Source: Nitrosopumilus sp. (lineage in GTDB: Archaea > Thermoproteota > Nitrososphaeria > Nitrososphaerales > Nitrosopumilaceae). Taken from it: a stretch of DNA of 64,000 nt. Location of the stretch: positions 1,472,001 through 1,536,000 of the forward strand of contig OY763927.2 of assembly GCA_963667665.2 (NCBI GenBank). Direction: 5' to 3'. Shown here piece by piece: positions 61,059 through 64,000 of the stretch; within the stretch, counting starts at the first letter, position 1; each line of letters begins with the position of its first letter. Position numbers and translations under genes: made by a program. The notes beneath the pieces were generated by a model, which was not told the origin of the DNA, did no database searches, and was given only the letters and a program-made list of their open reading frames with translations.

Positions 61059-61963
61059 TTACCCAAGTTTTGTCCTTGCCCAAAAACTAAATTATCAGAA
61101 TCTGGAAATACATATGCTACAATTCTCATCCAATGATAATCTGGATCATATAGTCTGTAAAATCCCATATCATCAAATGTAATATCTACTGATTCTCCTG
61201 GTGCAATATCTCCAGTTGAAATTCTGTTATCTGGTGTAAATGGAATATAACGATCATTGTTTTCTTTTCCGCTAATAATACTGTGAGATACTACATCTTC
61301 ATTTACTATTGTAATGGTAGTACCAGGTTCAATTGAAATTCTATCTTGTGAGAAATAACTCAATCTAGTAGGATCTGATGTATTTTGAGCTTTACCTGTA
61401 CCAACATAACTATCTGACCCCGAAATTAAAGATGAGCCTTTAAGAATGCGCAATGTAAGATAATTTGATTCTTCAGACTCTGTAGAAGTTGTGGTAATTT
61501 TTGAGAGTGTAGATAATTTTGTTGTGTAAATTACTTTGTATGTATCATCAGGAGTTGTAATTCTTCCAGTAAAACCATAAACTGATGCATCTTTGCTTTC
61601 TTCAACTAATCTTCCAAAAAAGCTAATTGAGGTATCAAGTCCGCTTGAACTCTCAATATTTCCATTAATTCTAATGTAACGACCTTCACGCAAAAATTTT
61701 CCTTCTAAATCAGTAATTGCAAATTCATCAGCATTTAGAGTAATAAAACCATCTTCAATTAGAAAGTTAATTGTACTTCCACGTTGTTGTTGTGAAGACA
61801 AACCAATATCAATTTCTGAAATATTAATTGATTCTTCAGTAACTGCAAATCCAGAACCTTCTAAAAGAAATGCCTGATTCTGAGAAATTTCAGCAAATGA
61901 TTCATTGATAAAATATCCTGATGAAACAACAAGTAATGCTAATAGTGTTATAGCTGCCTTCAC
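61055..61963 (-). CDS. Secreted protein with C-terminal cupredoxin-like domain
   Basis: PGTTITIVNEDVVSHSI...TGDIAPGES..TFD..GFY..YDPDYHWM. Confidence 0.7.
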   Translation of the reverse strand: MKAAITLLALLVVSSGYFINESFAEISQNQAFLLEGSGFAVTEESINISEIDIGLSSQQQRGSTINFLIEDGFITLNADEFAITDLEGKFLREGRYIRINGNIESSSGLDTSISFFGRLVEESKDASVYGFTGRITTPDDTYKVIYTTKLSTLSKITTTSTESEESNYLTLRILKGSSLISGSDSYVGTGKAQNTSDPTRLSYFSQDRISIEPGTTITIVNEDVVSHSIISGKENNDRYIPFTPDNRISTGDIAPGESVDITFDDMGFYRLYDPDYHWMRIVAYVFPDSDNLVFGQGQNLGN

Positions 61964-62072
61964 GATTAATTTGTCATTTAATTTGGTTTATAATTTACTA
62001 CTAAATTATTTTAGATGTAACATATAGTATATCTAAACTCGAGCCTGTACTAGCAAACATACTCTAAATAAT

Positions 62073-62609
62073 TTAGAATCCAGGCATCTCAAGACCTTCT
62101 GTTTGGGCCAATTCGATCATGTAGAATTCAAGATATCCTCCTACCAAAAGAAGTGCCACAACAATTCCAATCTCTATAATTGTTGGTTTGATAAATGAAG
62201 AAAGACTGATCTTTTTGATTACTGCTCGAATTAGTATGAAACTTCTAGAGATACCTATAGAGTATGCAGTAATTTCCATCAAGCCAAATGGTAATAAGAA
62301 AAGAATTGAAAGTGGTGGTATTTCTCCTATTTCAGGAACAGTAATAGCAATTGCTGCAAAAGCAAATCCTGTAGACCAAGCAGAGAACAATCCCCATGCA
62401 ACCCCAAATCCTGGAATAAACATTGGTAGTGCAATAGTCAAGTTATGAGTAAAAATTCCAAATGCATCAATATCTAAAACAAGTTCTTCAAATTCAGACA
62501 TGAAAGCTTCTGCGTCTTCTTCACTTACGGAAGTCATTGAGCCTAACTGAAATGCTGCAGCAAAAATTCCTAAAAATATGAAAAATAAGATTATTCTGAT
62601 TTTATTCAC
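62073..62609 (-). CDS. SpoIIM/DUF95 family membrane protein
   Basis: IFTHN, PFGLME, GGYLE. Confidence 0.8.
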   Translation of the reverse strand: MNKIRIILFFIFLGIFAAAFQLGSMTSVSEEDAEAFMSEFEELVLDIDAFGIFTHNLTIALPMFIPGFGVAWGLFSAWSTGFAFAAIAITVPEIGEIPPLSILFLLPFGLMEITAYSIGISRSFILIRAVIKKISLSSFIKPTIIEIGIVVALLLVGGYLEFYMIELAQTEGLEMPGF

Positions 62610-62688
62610 ATTGCCTTTTCATTTTATACAATATTTGAGGGTTGGTAGTTAGACACATATTTAATTAAACCAAATGATATTTTTTGAT

Positions 62689-64000
62689 ATGAAAAAGGAA
62701 CTGACCTTTGTATTAAACTATGCATTAAACAAAGGATTTCAAATTCATCCAGATGCTTTTAAAATTTTAGAAAATTTTGATGTTAAAAAATTAGAGAAGA
62801 TCATAAAGGAAATAGTTAGAGAAAAGACCAAACAGAAATTATTCCAAATTAACCAAGACGATTTAGAAACATATCTTGGAATTAAAGAGGATCCAACACT
62901 ACAAAGTGAAATCAAAGTATTATCTGATCCTACGACAAAAATTACAACAGGTGAGGGAGTTAAAGGATATAATGCATTATTTTCAAGTCGTTTTAACAAA
63001 CTAAAACGAATAATTTCAGATAGACCAGAATCAAAAAAACTCAAATCTATTGCATCTGTAAAAACCACAAAACAGAATGGTGATATGTACGTCTGCGGTC
63101 TTGTCACTTCAAGAAGTGTTGAGAGAAATATCACAAAGTTGGTTTTAGAGGATCCATCAGGCTTGTTTGAGGGAATTGTTTTTGATAATGAATTACAAAA
63201 AACTGTAGGTACTCTTCTAACTGATCAATTCGTTATGGTAAGAACAGGTTTGGGAAAGAATTCTGGGTTTATTATAAAGGATATAATTCAGCCAGATATT
63301 CCAGACCAGGCCATCAACAAATCAGAATCTGAAGTATATGCAGTCTTTCTTTCAGATCTTCATATTGGTAGCAGGTACTTTATGGAGAAGGAATTCACAG
63401 AATTTGTTTCGTGGCTATCAAGTCCAGATCCAGTAGCAAGAAAAATTCGTTTTGTTCTAATTGGTGGAGATGTAGTTGATGGAGTTGGAATATACCCTAA
63501 TCAGGATAAAGAATTGATTTGCCAAACCATAGAGGAGCAGCTAAAAAAGGCAGTAGATTTGATTGATAAAATTCCAAAAAATATGAAGGTGATTATAATG
63601 CCTGGAAACCATGACCCTGGTAGAAGAGCCCTTCCACAACCAGCTATCCCAAAAAAATACAATTCAAGTTTGTGGGAAATGGAAAATGTGGTTATGGTTG
63701 GAAACCCAGCAGTAGTCTCATTGAATGGTGTAAAGGTAATGATGTTTCATGGACAAAGTATTGATGATATTGTAAAAACCACGCCTGGTCTGAGTTACGA
63801 CAAACCAACTAATGTAATGAAACATCTTCTCAAAGCTAGACACCTAAGTCCAATTTATGGTAGCCAAACACCCATTGCACCAGAGATGCAAGATCTTTTA
63901 GTAATTGAGGATGTTCCAGATATCTTTCATGTGGGTCATGTTCACAGAGCAGAATTGGATATGTATAAGGGAATTTTACTGATAAATTCTGGTTCATGGC
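62689..64000 (+). CDS. polB: DNA polymerase D small subunit DP1 (partial, runs off window; not in ORF track)
   Basis: ATG 62689; OB fold then phosphoesterase motifs SDLHIGS, GDVVDG, PGNHD, HG, RHLSP, GHVH. Confidence 0.92.
   Translation, partial: MKKELTFVLNYALNKGFQIHPDAFKILENFDVKKLEKIIKEIVREKTKQKLFQINQDDLETYLGIKEDPTLQSEIKVLSDPTTKITTGEGVKGYNALFSSRFNKLKRIISDRPESKKLKSIASVKTTKQNGDMYVCGLVTSRSVERNITKLVLEDPSGLFEGIVFDNELQKTVGTLLTDQFVMVRTGLGKNSGFIIKDIIQPDIPDQAINKSESEVYAVFLSDLHIGSRYFMEKEFTEFVSWLSSPDPVARKIRFVLIGGDVVDGVGIYPNQDKELICQTIEEQLKKAVDLIDKIPKNMKVIIMPGNHDPGRRALPQPAIPKKYNSSLWEMENVVMVGNPAVVSLNGVKVMMFHGQSIDDIVKTTPGLSYDKPTNVMKHLLKARHLSPIYGSQTPIAPEMQDLLVIEDVPDIFHVGHVHRAELDMYKGILLINSGSW

Overview
AT-rich chromosomal segment of an ammonia-oxidising archaeon (Nitrosopumilaceae-like Thaumarchaeota). 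The assignment rests on two ESCRT-III/CdvB paralogues, two TFBs, PolD small subunit, the AcnX pair, cobalamin genes and CFI-box/PEF-type sorting signals. The housekeeping backbone (sat/cysH, cysC/cysQ, queC/folE/queE, thrB, cdc48/hsp20, nth) is intact and is interrupted by two accessory islands. Island 1 (16892-28109) is an 11.2 kb integrative element bounded by a 12-bp direct repeat that overlaps the stop codon of a flippase-like gene. It carries an intact tyrosine integrase, a tandem pseudo-PRTase + orotate PRTase pair, a P-loop replication ATPase with an origin-like inverted repeat, and a truncated IS630. It also carries a type I R-M operon lacking hsdM that continues into an unannotated HEPN RNase (broken by one stop), a 40-aa zinc microprotein and a PIN nuclease. 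Island 2 (~47500-52840) is a decayed integrase island with a Panacea-like gene and an intact DprA + PRTase (ShosTA-like) pair. Two GC-rich structured ncRNA candidates lie at 15220-15287 and 38657-38790. A glutamate racemase homologue has both catalytic Cys replaced by Ser. Many accessory or surface genes carry point nonsense mutations or deletions, suggesting ongoing pseudogenisation. No rRNA, tRNA or CRISPR array was seen. All family assignments are from motif recognition by eye, without database searches.
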